Part shown: positions 26,307 through 38,259 of the stretch, one piece after another | Numbering within the stretch: position 1 is the stretch's first letter | Layout: every line of letters begins with the position of its first letter | NCBI RefSeq assembly: GCF_001194135.2 | Contig: NC_068994.1 | Location: 2,223,394 to 2,279,339 of the forward strand | Direction: 5' to 3' | DNA: 55,946 bases | DNA from: Octopus bimaculoides | Lineage: Eukaryota | The notes under the pieces: generated by a model | Seen by the model: only the letters and a program-made list of their open reading frames with translations | What the model was told of the DNA's origin: nothing | Databases searched by the model: none | Made by a program: the position numbers and the translations under genes

Positions 26307-27839
26307 ATGGAGAAAACCTTCCGGCAAAAACTCCTCGCCAAATACAGTAATCTGAATAACAGAAGTGGGAAAAAGTTCTCCTTTCTCAAGAACTTCTCCT
26401 CCAATTCTTCTGAAAGTACTCCTAAAAAGTTCTCCTTTCTTAAGAGTCCTTCTACAAATTCTTCTGAAAATCCTACAAAAAATGCCAGAGAAAGCAAAGT
26501 AACTTTGCAACGGGCTTTTTTTTGTGACATCTGTGACAAATCATTCTCTCGAAGTAGTTATTACAGCTGGCATAAAATGAACCATTCTCTTGGCGAACCA
26601 GTGCCAAAAATATCACTGAGTAAACGAAAACAGAAACTCTGTACAACCCACAAATGTGATATCTGTGAGAAAGTCTTCTCTAGGTTTGAGTATTTACGAC
26701 TTCACCGACTGAGCCATGTTGAGGAGAAACCATTTTCTTGTGAGACTTGTGGACAGTCATTCATACAAGCTAGTCTGCTAAGAAACCATGAGAAAACTCA
26801 TGCTGATGGCAAAATCTATAAATGTGAAGTTTGTGAAAAAGAATTTTCTAAGAGTTGTGATCTAAAACGCCATCTCAGTGTCCACCTGAGTGTGAAACCA
26901 TTTAAGTGTGAAATTTGCTCTCGCAATTTCTCAAGGAATGACTATTTGAAATCTCATATGCTGAGTCACACAGGCAGCACTCCATTCAAATGTAAAACTT
27001 GTGGGAAAGGATTTGTTCGACGGTTTGCTTTAGAAAACCATGCAAGGACACACACAGGTGAAAAACCCTATGTCTGTAGCATTTGTGGCAAAACTTTCTC
27101 TCAAAAATCAGGCTGGATGTCACACTCAAAGAACCATGTCGACAAAAAGGCTTTTGTATGTCGAGTTTGTGGGAAAGGGTTCACACAGATGTACTCGTTG
27201 AAAAGACATGAACGCACGCATGCTGACAAAAAACCTTACAGTTGTGAATATTGTCAGAAAGAGTTCTCACAGAGTGGACAGCTAAAGTCGCACCTGGCCA
27301 TTCATACAGGAATCAAACCATTCAAATGCGAAGTGTGTGGTAAAAATTTTGCCCAAAAATCCATCTTGACAAAACATGAGCGGATTCATGCTGAAATTAA
27401 ACCGTACAGTTGTGAGGTGTGTGGCAAAGGGTTCACACAGAACTTCACCTTACAGATACATCTGAGGAACCATACAGGGGAGAAACCTTTCTCCTGTACT
27501 TATTGTGATAAGGTATTCTCCCGTAAAGACAGTTTAAATAATCACATCAAGAACCATACAGGTGAGAAAGATTTCTGCTGCAGATATTGTGATTCTGCTT
27601 TCACAAAAAGTTCCACTTTGAAGCGACATGAGATGACACACACTGGGGAACGGCCTTATGTTTGCCAAATTTGTTCCAAGGCTTTTGCAAAGCCAAGCGA
27701 TCTCAACCGTCACATGATTACACATACTGGCGCCAAACCATATACCTGTAATATATGTGGGAAGGCATTTTCTCGTAATGAGCACCTGAAAAAACATGAG
27801 ACTACTCACTCGCTCACTTACCAGCCATGGCTACTCTAA
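26307..27839 (+). CDS. C2H2 zinc-finger protein 2, 510 aa, 15 fingers, uninterrupted CDS
   Basis: Fifteen C-x2-C-x12-H-x3-H motifs, 14 in tandem with TGEKP-type linkers; in-frame stop upstream of the ATG; likely acceptor ttttatcAG at 26080-26081; no KRAB/BTB/ZAD recognisable. Confidence 0.95.
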   Translation: MEKTFRQKLLAKYSNLNNRSGKKFSFLKNFSSNSSESTPKKFSFLKSPSTNSSENPTKNARESKVTLQRAFFCDICDKSFSRSSYYSWHKMNHSLGEPVPKISLSKRKQKLCTTHKCDICEKVFSRFEYLRLHRLSHVEEKPFSCETCGQSFIQASLLRNHEKTHADGKIYKCEVCEKEFSKSCDLKRHLSVHLSVKPFKCEICSRNFSRNDYLKSHMLSHTGSTPFKCKTCGKGFVRRFALENHARTHTGEKPYVCSICGKTFSQKSGWMSHSKNHVDKKAFVCRVCGKGFTQMYSLKRHERTHADKKPYSCEYCQKEFSQSGQLKSHLAIHTGIKPFKCEVCGKNFAQKSILTKHERIHAEIKPYSCEVCGKGFTQNFTLQIHLRNHTGEKPFSCTYCDKVFSRKDSLNNHIKNHTGEKDFCCRYCDSAFTKSSTLKRHEMTHTGERPYVCQICSKAFAKPSDLNRHMITHTGAKPYTCNICGKAFSRNEHLKKHETTHSLTYQPWLL

Positions 27840-28840
27840 CTGAACTCAATCCACCTCTTCCCAACCCAATCACTTCCACATAATTGAACGAAATTCTCAC
27901 CTTTGACCTCTCTTTGAAGTCCAGTCTGTTAGATGACTTTCAAAAGTTTTCATTTTCTTCCCTCCAACACTTGCTGACACAGGTAGTTCACACCTAGTAT
28001 TTATACAATAATAGTGGCATTTAGATTGATGTGATACTCCTCCCTGCTTTACTCTGAGTTTCAGGATAACAAGACAGGATCCAGTTGGATCTTATTTTAG
28101 TACTCCGTCCCTTCTATATAATTACAGCACCCAAACACACAAAGGGACCTGTCTTTGTTAGGGTTGACTCCCACTGGAAGAAGATACACTGGCAGACAAT
28201 GAAAGACAAACACAACCATTAAGGTAACTGAAACTGCTAGAAATAGCAGCTAAATCTCCCCCACACCTTACAGTCTGAATATAAGATGACTAGAAGGTTT
28301 GTCTATCAACAATCTTTTGGACTAGAGCTGACTTGTGAGCTAAACAATAACAACGACAACAACAGCATGTCCTCATTAATATCTTAACGACTCTTTCAGA
28401 AACACTTCTCATCCAGTTGCTGCTGCTGTTATGGTTTTCCCATATTACTCGAAAGCCATTTTTCCTATTGATTTCAACCAAACATTAAAAAGTTCTTCAT
28501 CTCCTCACGTAAATGACACCTGGGAGAGGTTTGAGTGAGTGCGAAATGAAGTAACAGACCAAGTGGATTCCTACAATTCCTCTGATGATGATGATGAGGG
28601 TGGGCTTTGCTAACTGATATTCTAAGTCACCAGGAACATGTCAATGGTTGCTGTTAAAAGCTTTTGAAGTCAAAGGATTCAGTACCACCTGGCTATTTCA
28701 CGTAAACCTGCCATCTTCTGTGGGGACTTAACGTGTATAATTTTCTCATGTGTCAACTACACACACATACACACATTGATATGAATGTACAATCAGCACA
28801 CAATATGTGTATATATATAAATATATGCGTTATTTACATT

Positions 28841-29216
28841 ATTTACATTTGACGGATATTTGTCCTCATCTTGTTTGTTGCTAACACAACGTTTCAGCTG
28901 ATATACCCTCCAGCCTTCATCAGGTGTTTTGAGGAAATTTCGAACCTGGATTCTCATTCCTAAGGTATTTTTCGATATTGTTGTTGTTGTTGTTGTTGTT
29001 ATTCAAGTCACTGCCTGGAATCAACTAACCCCAAGATTCTGAGTTCAATTCCAGGCAGTGACCTGAATAATAATAATAACATTGAAAAATACCTTAGGAA
29101 TGAGAACCCAGGTTTGAAATTTCCCCAAGACACCTGATGAAGGTTGGAGGGTATATCAGCTGAAACATTGTGTTAACAACAAACAAAATGAGGACAAATA
29201 TCCATGAAATGTAAAT
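28841..29216. mobile_element. Foldback palindromic element, ~180-bp arms, ~15-nt loop
   Basis: 28841-29026 is the near-exact reverse complement of 29042-29216. Confidence 0.85.
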
Positions 29217-29544
29217 GATGTACATAATTCCTCATTTCTTGAATACAAAACTGTATAAATATATGGGCATGTCATATATTTTTATGTGTGTGTGTGTGTA
29301 TATGTGAAAAGTATTTTCATATTGGGAAGAGTAACAGTAGAACAACATTATATTGTTGTGGTAAGTGAAGTTTCCAATGTTTTGGACAACAGCATCTTTC
29401 AGTGGTTCAGATGATAGGAGAGAAAAAGTAGAGACAGCAACGTTTTACCTCCTCAGTAATAACGGGGTGGCATCACCACTCAGCAGTGTACGTGTGTGCA
29501 TGCATATGTACATATGTTTATGCGTATATATATATATATTATAC

Positions 29545-29885
29545 ATATGGCAGTGAAACATGGGCTGTAACTGCTGAGGACATACGTAAGCTCGCAAGGA
29601 ATGAAGCCAGTATTCTCCGTTGGATGTGTAATGTCAATGTGAATACCCGTCAGAGTGTAAGTATCTTGAGAGAAAAGCTGAACATTAGAAGCATCAGTTG
29701 TGGTGTGCAAGAGAGACGATTGCGCTGGTATGGACATGTGGTGAGAATGGATGAGGATAGCTGCGTGAAAAAGTGCCACACCCTAACAGTTGAGGGAACC
29801 CGTGGAAGAGGTAGGCCCAGGAAGACCTGGGCTGAGGTGGTGAGGCAAGACCTTCGTACATTGGGCCTCACCGAGGCGATGACTA
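29545..29885 (+). mobile_element. RTE-clade LINE, ORF C-terminal fragment (5'-truncated)
   Basis: YGSETW...RRLRWYGHVVRM...RGRGRPRKTW are RTE-clade post-RT motifs; runs into the N gap 29886-30414. Confidence 0.9.
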
Positions 29886-30414
29886 NNNNNNNNNNNNNNN
29901 NNNNNNNNNNNNNNNNNNNNNNNNNNNNNNNNNNNNNNNNNNNNNNNNNNNNNNNNNNNNNNNNNNNNNNNNNNNNNNNNNNNNNNNNNNNNNNNNNNNN
30001 NNNNNNNNNNNNNNNNNNNNNNNNNNNNNNNNNNNNNNNNNNNNNNNNNNNNNNNNNNNNNNNNNNNNNNNNNNNNNNNNNNNNNNNNNNNNNNNNNNNN
30101 NNNNNNNNNNNNNNNNNNNNNNNNNNNNNNNNNNNNNNNNNNNNNNNNNNNNNNNNNNNNNNNNNNNNNNNNNNNNNNNNNNNNNNNNNNNNNNNNNNNN
30201 NNNNNNNNNNNNNNNNNNNNNNNNNNNNNNNNNNNNNNNNNNNNNNNNNNNNNNNNNNNNNNNNNNNNNNNNNNNNNNNNNNNNNNNNNNNNNNNNNNNN
30301 NNNNNNNNNNNNNNNNNNNNNNNNNNNNNNNNNNNNNNNNNNNNNNNNNNNNNNNNNNNNNNNNNNNNNNNNNNNNNNNNNNNNNNNNNNNNNNNNNNNN
30401 NNNNNNNNNNNNNN

Positions 30415-30533
30415 TAGAAACTCTGCCAAATTAGATTGGAGCCTGGTGTTGCCATCCGGTTTCACCAGTCCTCAGTCAAATCGTCCAACCCATGCTAGCA
30501 TGGAAAGCGGACGTTAAACGATGATGATGATGA

Positions 30534-30536
<3 letters not shown>
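30415..30536 (+). mobile_element. Family B tail, probable 3' end of the preceding RTE copy
   Basis: ccaacccatgctagcatggaaagcggacgttaaacgatgatgatga immediately after the gap. Confidence 0.8.
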
Positions 30537-30568
<32 letters not shown>

Positions 30569-31844
30569 CTTTTTTCACATCTGCTTTCAAAGCTGGTGTG
30601 AGTTGGATGATTTAACAGGATCCAATGAGTCAGAAGATCACATCTTATTCCAATCTCTTAGTTCTAAGACCGTTTCTACTGCTGGATGCCCTTCCTGACC
30701 CCAATTGTTTTACAGTGAGGTTGCCTTCTACCTCACAAGACTTAAAAGTTCCTTTGACTGAAAAGAAGAAAATGAGATGTTGAGATGTTAATGCGTGACG
30801 GGAGATGTAGGGACAGTTTTGTTGTGGGAGAGATTCATGGCTACTTATGTATTTGCTGTGTGTAGATGGGTTAGGCTGGAGTGGGCCCACAAATAGAGAT
30901 AAATATGGTGGCAGTGAGATGCTAGAACCTATCTTCATGGTAAGATGTCCCAGAAGGGGAATAGAAGAGCATATGGAGATAGAAAAATCAGCAAGGATGG
31001 GCAAGGTGACATGAAGAGAGAATGAGGGTTGAATATAAGCATGGAATGGAGGTGGTCAGATGTATATATATGGGATGAATGGTGTGAATGGTAAAAAGAA
31101 GTAGAGAGGTGGTCAACAGATATTATAATGATAGAATGATGGATGGATGCCAGTTGGACGTAGTGCAGGGGAAAGGAAGTGGTGACTGGCAGTACATAAA
31201 TGGTGATACCAGATGGTTTGTAGTATCAGGTTCTAATGTATCAGGCTTACGTCACAATCAGATCCATGTTTGCAATCCACATGTATTTCTTGCTCCTGTT
31301 CCCCTAACCGTTCCTTTTTACTCCTTCACTCTTTAGAAGGCTTTATTCCTCCACCTTTTACACCCCATAACATTCAACACTCATCTAAAGAGCCAGTATA
31401 TAGAGACACATAGTCAATAGTGACCAACTGTTGGACCTACAGCTACCAATCTTCATGAAATAGCAGACAATTCGCACTCTACTCTTTTTGATACCTTTTC
31501 ACAAACAGGAAGAACAACATGCTAACAAAAGTCCTGCATGCATTGTTGTCATAGAGACTGTATGGACAGAGCTGGACTTTCGAGGATCATGAAAGTAAAC
31601 AACAATAATTTAACTGACATACTTGTGTTGTTGTTGTTGTTGCCAGAATGAGTTTACTTCCAACTAAGATGTTTCCATCTGTCATTTGTTGTACATTTGG
31701 TGACTCAACATCAGATTACACTAAATCTACACTGTCTGTACTGTTGATACACTACATCTACACTGTTTCTACAATGTAAGTGTCCTGTTTGTTAACTGTC
31801 AATTCCACTGTCTCAAAAGTGATATTCTTTCCATTTTGTATGTG

Positions 31845-31875
<31 letters not shown>

Positions 31876-32799
31876 AAATGAAATGAAATGAAATGAATAA
31901 ACCTGTTTAAGCAGCCAAAGTTGTTGTTCTTGTGACACCTGTCCCTTCCACAGGGTAACACACAGTACCTCAGAGCAGCTGTTGGTACCTGACACCCTCT
32001 TCTTGATGTACTGGAACTCTGGGATAACTGTTGATACTCCAAGGTAATTGTACAGTATGGTAAGTATTGGAACACCCTGGTAGCTCTCTTGGAACATAAT
32101 CAGAAATGGTTTTTACACAATGATAATTGTTGGTACACTGGACATTTTTGTTTTCAGTCTTGAAAAACAAAAAAAAATCACAGAAGAAAGAAAGAAAATA
32201 AAAATATTATCAAACAAATATCAGTCGTTAAGGATGTAGATTTAACAATTTTTTATTTTTTACAATGTTTGGCTTAATTTTATTTCTCACCATCATTAAT
32301 GTCCGAGTCTGATCTGTTGTCTGCTCCTTCAGTTTAGTCACATGATTGATATCACTGGACATCACAAGCAGTGGGACTGACTCAACAACATCTTGCTTTC
32401 TCTCTACCAGCATATCTCTCCTCCTTCCTCTCCCCTCCCCCTCCCTACTACTTTCTCTCTCCCACTCTCCTTTTTTTCTGTCTCTCCTGTTCTCTCTCTC
32501 TCTCTCTCTTTCTCACATATGTTGCAGCATATGTTCTCATGTCACCCACTTTCCTTTCAAAAATGTCTAAATGGGCTATTTTCATTCAAAAGCTATTAGC
32601 GTGGTTCATCCAAAAACTGAAGAATCTGAAATAAAAAAGAAAGGACATTACACAGAATAATAAAAACATAAGAATGGTGTTGCCATAAAGTGCAAAGAAG
32701 CTAGGAAAGGTTTTATCAAAATCGATTCACAGAAAACCCAAAAATCCTAAATTTCACTCCATGCTATTAGCGTGGTTCTGGGTGTATATATGTCTATAT

Positions 32800-33092
32800 A
32801 TCTATATATATAAAACTGAGAATGTGTGTGTGTTTGTATATGTGAATCACTAAAACTCAAGAACTACTTAACCGATTTCATCCAAATTTTACATATATAG
32901 ATTGTGTCGGCTCCATAAGGCTGGTAACCAAAGGTAATCCCATAAACCAGCCTTCCCCATTATATATATATATATATATGGAGCCCACACAATCTATATA
33001 TGTAAAATTTGGATGAAATCGGTTGAGTAGTTCTCGAGTTTTAGTGATGCTCATGCACAGACAGCCAGACATTCTCAGAATAAAAGTGAAAC
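32800..33092. mobile_element. Foldback non-autonomous element, Helitron/Helentron-like
   Basis: Arms 32846-32917 and 32977-33048 are reverse complements; tctatatatataaaa start and aaccgatttcatccaaattt motif resemble invertebrate non-autonomous Helitron-type families (family call from memory). Confidence 0.65.
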
Positions 33093-33589
33093 TATAGAAA
33101 AGGGAAACGATAGGTAGATAGACAGATAGATAGATTGATTGATAGATAGATAAAAGGAGAGAGAAAAGACATACATACGCATGCATGGTATGACACCTCC
33201 CACCAATACAATCCCCCACCTACACACACACTATTTAATGGAAACGATGCAGTCGGACAGCTAATGTCAGGTGATTGATCTGTGTTGAAGTCATGACCAG
33301 ACGACCATATGTCTTCATCTCAACTAAAATTATTTCTCTCCTGTCTTTAGACTAATACCATAAAATGGTGCCATAAACACGTTTCTGGCATGTCACCACA
33401 CTTAGAGAATAGAGATCTGTCCGACCACTTCTCACCCCCACTACACTCAACAGCCCCCTTCCCTGTACATGGTCACTTGGATTGCTAAACATAGTGACTA
33501 AAACCCCCCAAATCACACACACAAAAGAACTTAAGCCTAATGTGAACATAGAACAAATAAAGACAGGTTGGTCATGGCTGGAATATCTT

Positions 33590-33865
33590 TAACTTGTTTC
33601 AGTCATTAGACTGTGGCCATGCTGGGGCAGCATCTTGAAGAATTTCTAGTCAAATTAATCAACTCCAGAACTTATTTTTATGCTTTTAAAACTGGTACTT
33701 ATTCTATCAGTCTGTTTTGCCAAACTGTTAAGTCATGGGGATGCAAACACACCAACACCAGTTGTCAAGCAGCATAGGGGACAAACACAGACACAAAGAT
33801 ACATGCACACACACACACATGGCAGACTTCTTTCAGTTTCCATCTACCAAATCCATTCCTGAAGC
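33590..33865 (-). mobile_element. SINE family A 3' part followed by a family C fragment
   Basis: ggccatgctggggcagc...ggtacttattctatc...aacacaccaacaccagttgtcaagc, then tttcagtttccatctaccaaatcc. Confidence 0.75.
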
Positions 33866-34123
33866 TTTGGTCAGCCCAAAGTTATATTAGGTCATGAAGT
33901 ATGAAATTTGTAGTAAGGTATATGGTGAACTTTGATAGCTGCTCATTTTGTGCCATTATTATATTTTGACAATCTTTACCCAGCATACCATGCAGTGGAA
34001 TTGAAACTGGAACCATGCTTGTGCCTTTAATCATAAGTCTATTCAACCAGGCATAAATCTGGGGCTTAAAACCAAAAACAAACCTACAGCCTTCAGCTCC
34101 TCTCATTTGGTACTCATAAAGCT

Positions 34124-34207
34124 CCCTCACACCATACATTTCTAATAAGGCCTAGAGAGGCTCACCCCTCACACCATACATTTCTAATAAGGCCTAGAGA
34201 GGCTCAC
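34124..34207. repeat. 42-bp perfect tandem duplication
   Basis: ccctcacaccatacatttctaataaggcctagagaggctcac twice. Confidence 0.9.
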
Positions 34208-34321
34208 CCATCACACCCTTACATAGAGTCACCCCCCCTCACTTTTATAACACAGCCCACCCCCTTGTCTCATCTCACTTATAATACAGACCTCTTCTCA
34301 CCCCCTCTCTCTCTTTCTGTT

Positions 34322-34352
<31 letters not shown>

Positions 34353-34715
34353 TTTCTTCCTCTATCTCTTCCAGAGAATATGTCATGCCTGGGAAAAGCT
34401 GTCTGTTCCCTCAGCCCCGCCCTTCCATTAACTCCACCCCCCACCTCGAATTAATTTTAATGCTATGTGTGTCCATGTGTGCTCTAGTGTTTATGCATGT
34501 ATTTCTTTATGTATATATGTGTGAGTCAATATATTTTTTAAAATTCTTTACAGTACGTGCATTTATGAATAGCAGGGTTGATAGATAGATAGATACATAC
34601 ATATATACATACATGCATATTTACATAGATACATACATATATACATACATGCACATATACATACATAGATACATACATGCATGCACACACACACACATAC
34701 ATGTGGTTGTAAGAC

Positions 34716-34727
34716 TATATATATATA
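34716..34727 (+). promoter_or_regulatory. Possible TATA element of the micro-exon gene
   Basis: TATATATATATA about 60 nt before the ATG at 34784; could also be a plain (TA)n repeat. Confidence 0.35.
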
Positions 34728-34783
34728 GGAGCAAACAGTTGCTGACATACAACACTACAGTTTAAACTCTTCAAGAACACAAG

Positions 34784-34838
34784 ATGAAACTTCTGCTGGT
34801 TGTCACCATTTCTCTCTTCATAGCGCTGGTTGTTGGCA
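34784..34838 (+). CDS. Secreted micro-exon gene, exon 1 (signal peptide MKLLLVVTISLFIALVVG)
   Basis: aagATG context, basic N-region, hydrophobic core, V-x-G cleavage site, then phase-1 consensus donor A|GTAAGT at 34839. Confidence 0.8.
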
Positions 34839-35044
34839 GTAAGTATTATTAAATCTGTCTTCTAATTCTGCTCCTGGTCTGCTTATGCTTTATCTCTGCC
34901 GTTGGTGTACTCGGTCTGTAATTCTGTTACTTGTAACTCAGATGTAACTTTGCTGTATCTCTATATTGTAACATTATTGCAACTCTGTGATATCTCTTTT
35001 CTACTCTTGGCACAAGGCCCCCCAATTTTTTTTTTTTTTGTGGC

Positions 35045-35205
35045 GGGGAAGTTCATTAGATTGACCCTAGTACTTAATTTATCGACCCTGAAAGGATGAC
35101 AGGCAAAGTCGACCTCGGCGGAATTTGAACTCAGAACGTAAACACAGATAAAATACCACTAAGCATTTCGCCTGGCATGCTAACGGTTCTGACAGCTTGC
35201 TGACT
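35045..35205 (-). mobile_element. tRNA-derived SINE head/central part (intronic)
   Basis: gtacttaatttatcgaccc...ggcaaagtcgacctcggcggaatttgaactcagaacgtaa; near-identical to 47250-47480. Confidence 0.85.
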
Positions 35206-35950
35206 TAACTCTGTTATATCTCTGGTGGAACTCTGTAGTAACTGTCGTATATTTGCCATAATGCTAGACATGGATTCAACAAGGATACCAAGAGGTGGAG
35301 TGACAAGCAGGTCAGTGGTGGGAATGCCTCAGAAGTGGAGATATGGGACAAGACAGCTCCAAAGAATAGAGGCCATTGAAGTAGTGATGAAAAGTCAAAG
35401 ACAGGAGCTAGCCCTAGTGGGGTGGGGTCCGGGGATGGAATATGTCTGTTAGTGATTTGATGTTGATTTGTCAAGTGGCCCTCATCTGAATGTGAGTCAC
35501 AATGTCTGTGTGTTCATTGCAATAGAACCATCTCCCAGGTCTTTGCATACATACATGTGTGTGTGCACATGCATGTGTATGTGCGTGTGTGTATGCATGT
35601 GTGTGTAAAATGAGATGACAAGGGAATTAACAAAATCTTATGTGGAATTTGTCTTATAAAATATGCTAATTACTCACAGCTACACATGTATAATATTGTC
35701 TATCTAAACAGTGGTTCTCTCATCAATATTTCAATGTCTACAGTAAAGTCTATGTTTTGCTAAAGAGGCTTAATACAATGGAAAGATGTCAAGAGTTGTC
35801 TCCCAATTAAGCCACTACTAATCTTTCGTCTAATACATTTTTCCTGATGGTCTAATCATTTTTAATTAGCTATGTAAAGTGATTACACAAAGTCTGGCCT
35901 CCCAATTGTTGTCTCTCTCTCTATTAATCTTCTTTTTCCTTTATTTACAG

Positions 35951-35974
35951 CTCCTAATATTGATGACATTAAAT
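35951..35974 (+). CDS. Secreted micro-exon gene, exon 2 (24 nt, phase 1-1, TPNIDDIK)
   Basis: Long polypyrimidine tract + ttacAG; donor GTAAGT at 35975; open in the frame set by exon 1. Confidence 0.75.
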
Positions 35975-36457
35975 GTAAGTTATTTCCTTGACATTGTTCA
36001 ATATTCATAACAATACATATTGATTTCTAACAATAACAGGTAGGGGTGGGGCTCTGAAAGGGGTCTCAGGGAGTAGCGTCTCTGCCTTCCTGAGCTAGTT
36101 TTCCACCACATTTCTTAAAAATAGTGGTAGAGGCCTTCGTCTCGGGACCACTCATGTTTAGAAACTGACGTTGGGGGTTCTTCCTGTAGAAAATCCTGCT
36201 CCAAAAAAGCCTCAAGATAGCAAAGGAGAATGGGCACCAGCCAGCCCAAAGGTTGGGGTGGGCTGCACCTGCCTGCCTCGGTTGCTATGGCATTGAGGAA
36301 GATCCAGCCCCCCCCCACCACCACCACCACCATTAACAGGGACAAAACCCTAACAAGCTGATGCAGGTAGTTTATCCTGTCCCCCTCCGACTTTTAGTTC
36401 ATACAATTGAAAAGAACTGCATTATTTATGGGATGACCCAATATATATAAATATATA

Positions 36458-36458
<1 letters not shown>

Positions 36459-36542
<84 letters not shown>
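36459..36542. repeat. (CA)n microsatellite
   Basis: About 40 CA units. Confidence 0.97.
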
Positions 36543-36547
<5 letters not shown>

Positions 36548-36590
36548 GAGCAATATTCCTACTGACATCAGAGTATTTTTGTTATTTCAG

Positions 36591-36614
36591 TTGATATTGT
36601 TGGAGCTAAAACAG
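36591..36614 (+). CDS. Secreted micro-exon gene, exon 3 (24 nt, phase 1-1, FDIVGAKT)
   Basis: Branch-point-like actgac at 36561, acceptor tttcAG, donor CAG|GTAAGT at 36615. Confidence 0.75.
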
Positions 36615-36820
36615 GTAAGTGATGGATTTCATTCATTTTCCATTGTTCTGTCATTGCCTTAATTATTTTCATCATCATCATTGTCATCATGTAAAAGAAG
36701 AGATGAAGTGATTATATTGCTTATCCTAGCCAAATTCCTGCTTTTGCAACTTGTGTTACACAGCACGCATATATGTGTGCATGTATATATATGTTTGTAT
36801 GTATATATACTTATATATAA

Positions 36821-37507
36821 CAAGAACATAACAGACGATGACAAAAACATACGGATAGATGGATGATACAAAGATGGACAGGAAAACCAGGACGGGACAT
36901 TTGTGGCTTTCTATTCATCAGTTCTATTCACTACAGTTTCAGCCTGTTACACTTGAGACTGTTCAAAACTGGTAGGCCCCAAAAATCCAAGCTAAGGGCA
37001 TTCAATTTTTGGAAGAAAACGGGCGAATATGTGTGACAACATGGACAAAAAAAAAAAAAACAAGAAAATGGAGAAAATATTACAAAATTGCAAATACAAA
37101 AAACAAGAATAACAACAGGTGTCTTTCAACTGAAAGGACAAGTTTAAGATAAGGTGGAGTGTGAACTGGAAGCCTTACGGCAACAAACATAGATGAAAGT
37201 CAGGAGACAGGAAAAGAAAGTGCTGTGCGAGTGGTGGTCAGGCCAAGAAAGAAAGATCATGCTTGGCTGAGCATCGGTCAAGTGGAAGGAACAGAGTCCA
37301 TGTTCTTGTTTTTTTGATCCCTGCTGTTGCACATATTCGCCTGCTTTCTTCCAAAAATTGAATGCCCTTAGCTTGGTTTTTTGGGGGGCCTAGCAGTTTT
37401 GAACAGTCTCAAGTGTAACAGGCCAAAACTGTTGTGATAATTGGAAGCTTGACTGGTTTTCCTGTCCATCTGTCCAGATGTTTTCATTGTCGTCCATTAT
37501 GTTCTTG
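36821..37507. mobile_element. Intronic foldback element (arms ~36821-37040 and ~37325-37507)
   Basis: cctgttacacttgagactgttcaaaact...ccaagctaagggcattcaatttttggaagaaa occurs as an inverted pair. Confidence 0.8.
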
Positions 37508-38259
37508 TTCCAATGGATTCTATTGTCTTAGAAATTATTTTTCTGGCAATGTTTGTCAATTCCACTTCCATCACATGACTCTGTCAGGAAGCAACCACAG
37601 CCCCATTACCTACTGTTCTGTTTAAAGTCCTGCTCAAAGACATATCATGAAAAGAATGCCAGCCATGACCATTCCATCATTAGATCTTGAAATATTCATG
37701 GCTCTACCTATTTCAATCTCTCTCTCAATCACTAGCTGAGCTACTGTGGAGTTGCTCAAAATGCTAGAAATAGCAGCCACCTCTCCCTCAAATCACACAA
37801 TGAAACATCAAATGTGATTCTGGACTCTTTGCACATAAGAAAAAGATAGGATGGTCATGTTTGGAATGCCTTTGATCATAGGTCTGCTCAAAAACGCATG
37901 ACAGCTAACTGAAGCCTATATATGGCCGCTCCACCATCTAGAAATAACAGCCAAATCCCTCTAATATTACACCCTACCATTCTTTAGAGTAGGAAGGAGC
38001 CATTGGATGATGTAATACTAGGTGAACTATGCCTGAAAAAAGACCGATGGCATGGTCCCTGTGGGATTAACTTTGATCAGGACTGACCTAGGGCTAAACT
38101 TTAATAGCAACTAACCGAACCTGAGCCATATTAACTGAGTTATTATCCTTTCTCCCTGTCTGGATTGTTCCGGAACAATTATGGGGAGAGGAGCCCCCTC
38201 CCCCACACTTCCTCATTTGTTTTCTCATTAAATTAATGAATTTATTGATTACTTTGCAG

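Noticed and set aside
30645-31336. Purine-rich ORFs, possibly a decayed LINE
   Set aside because: No motif I could identify with confidence.
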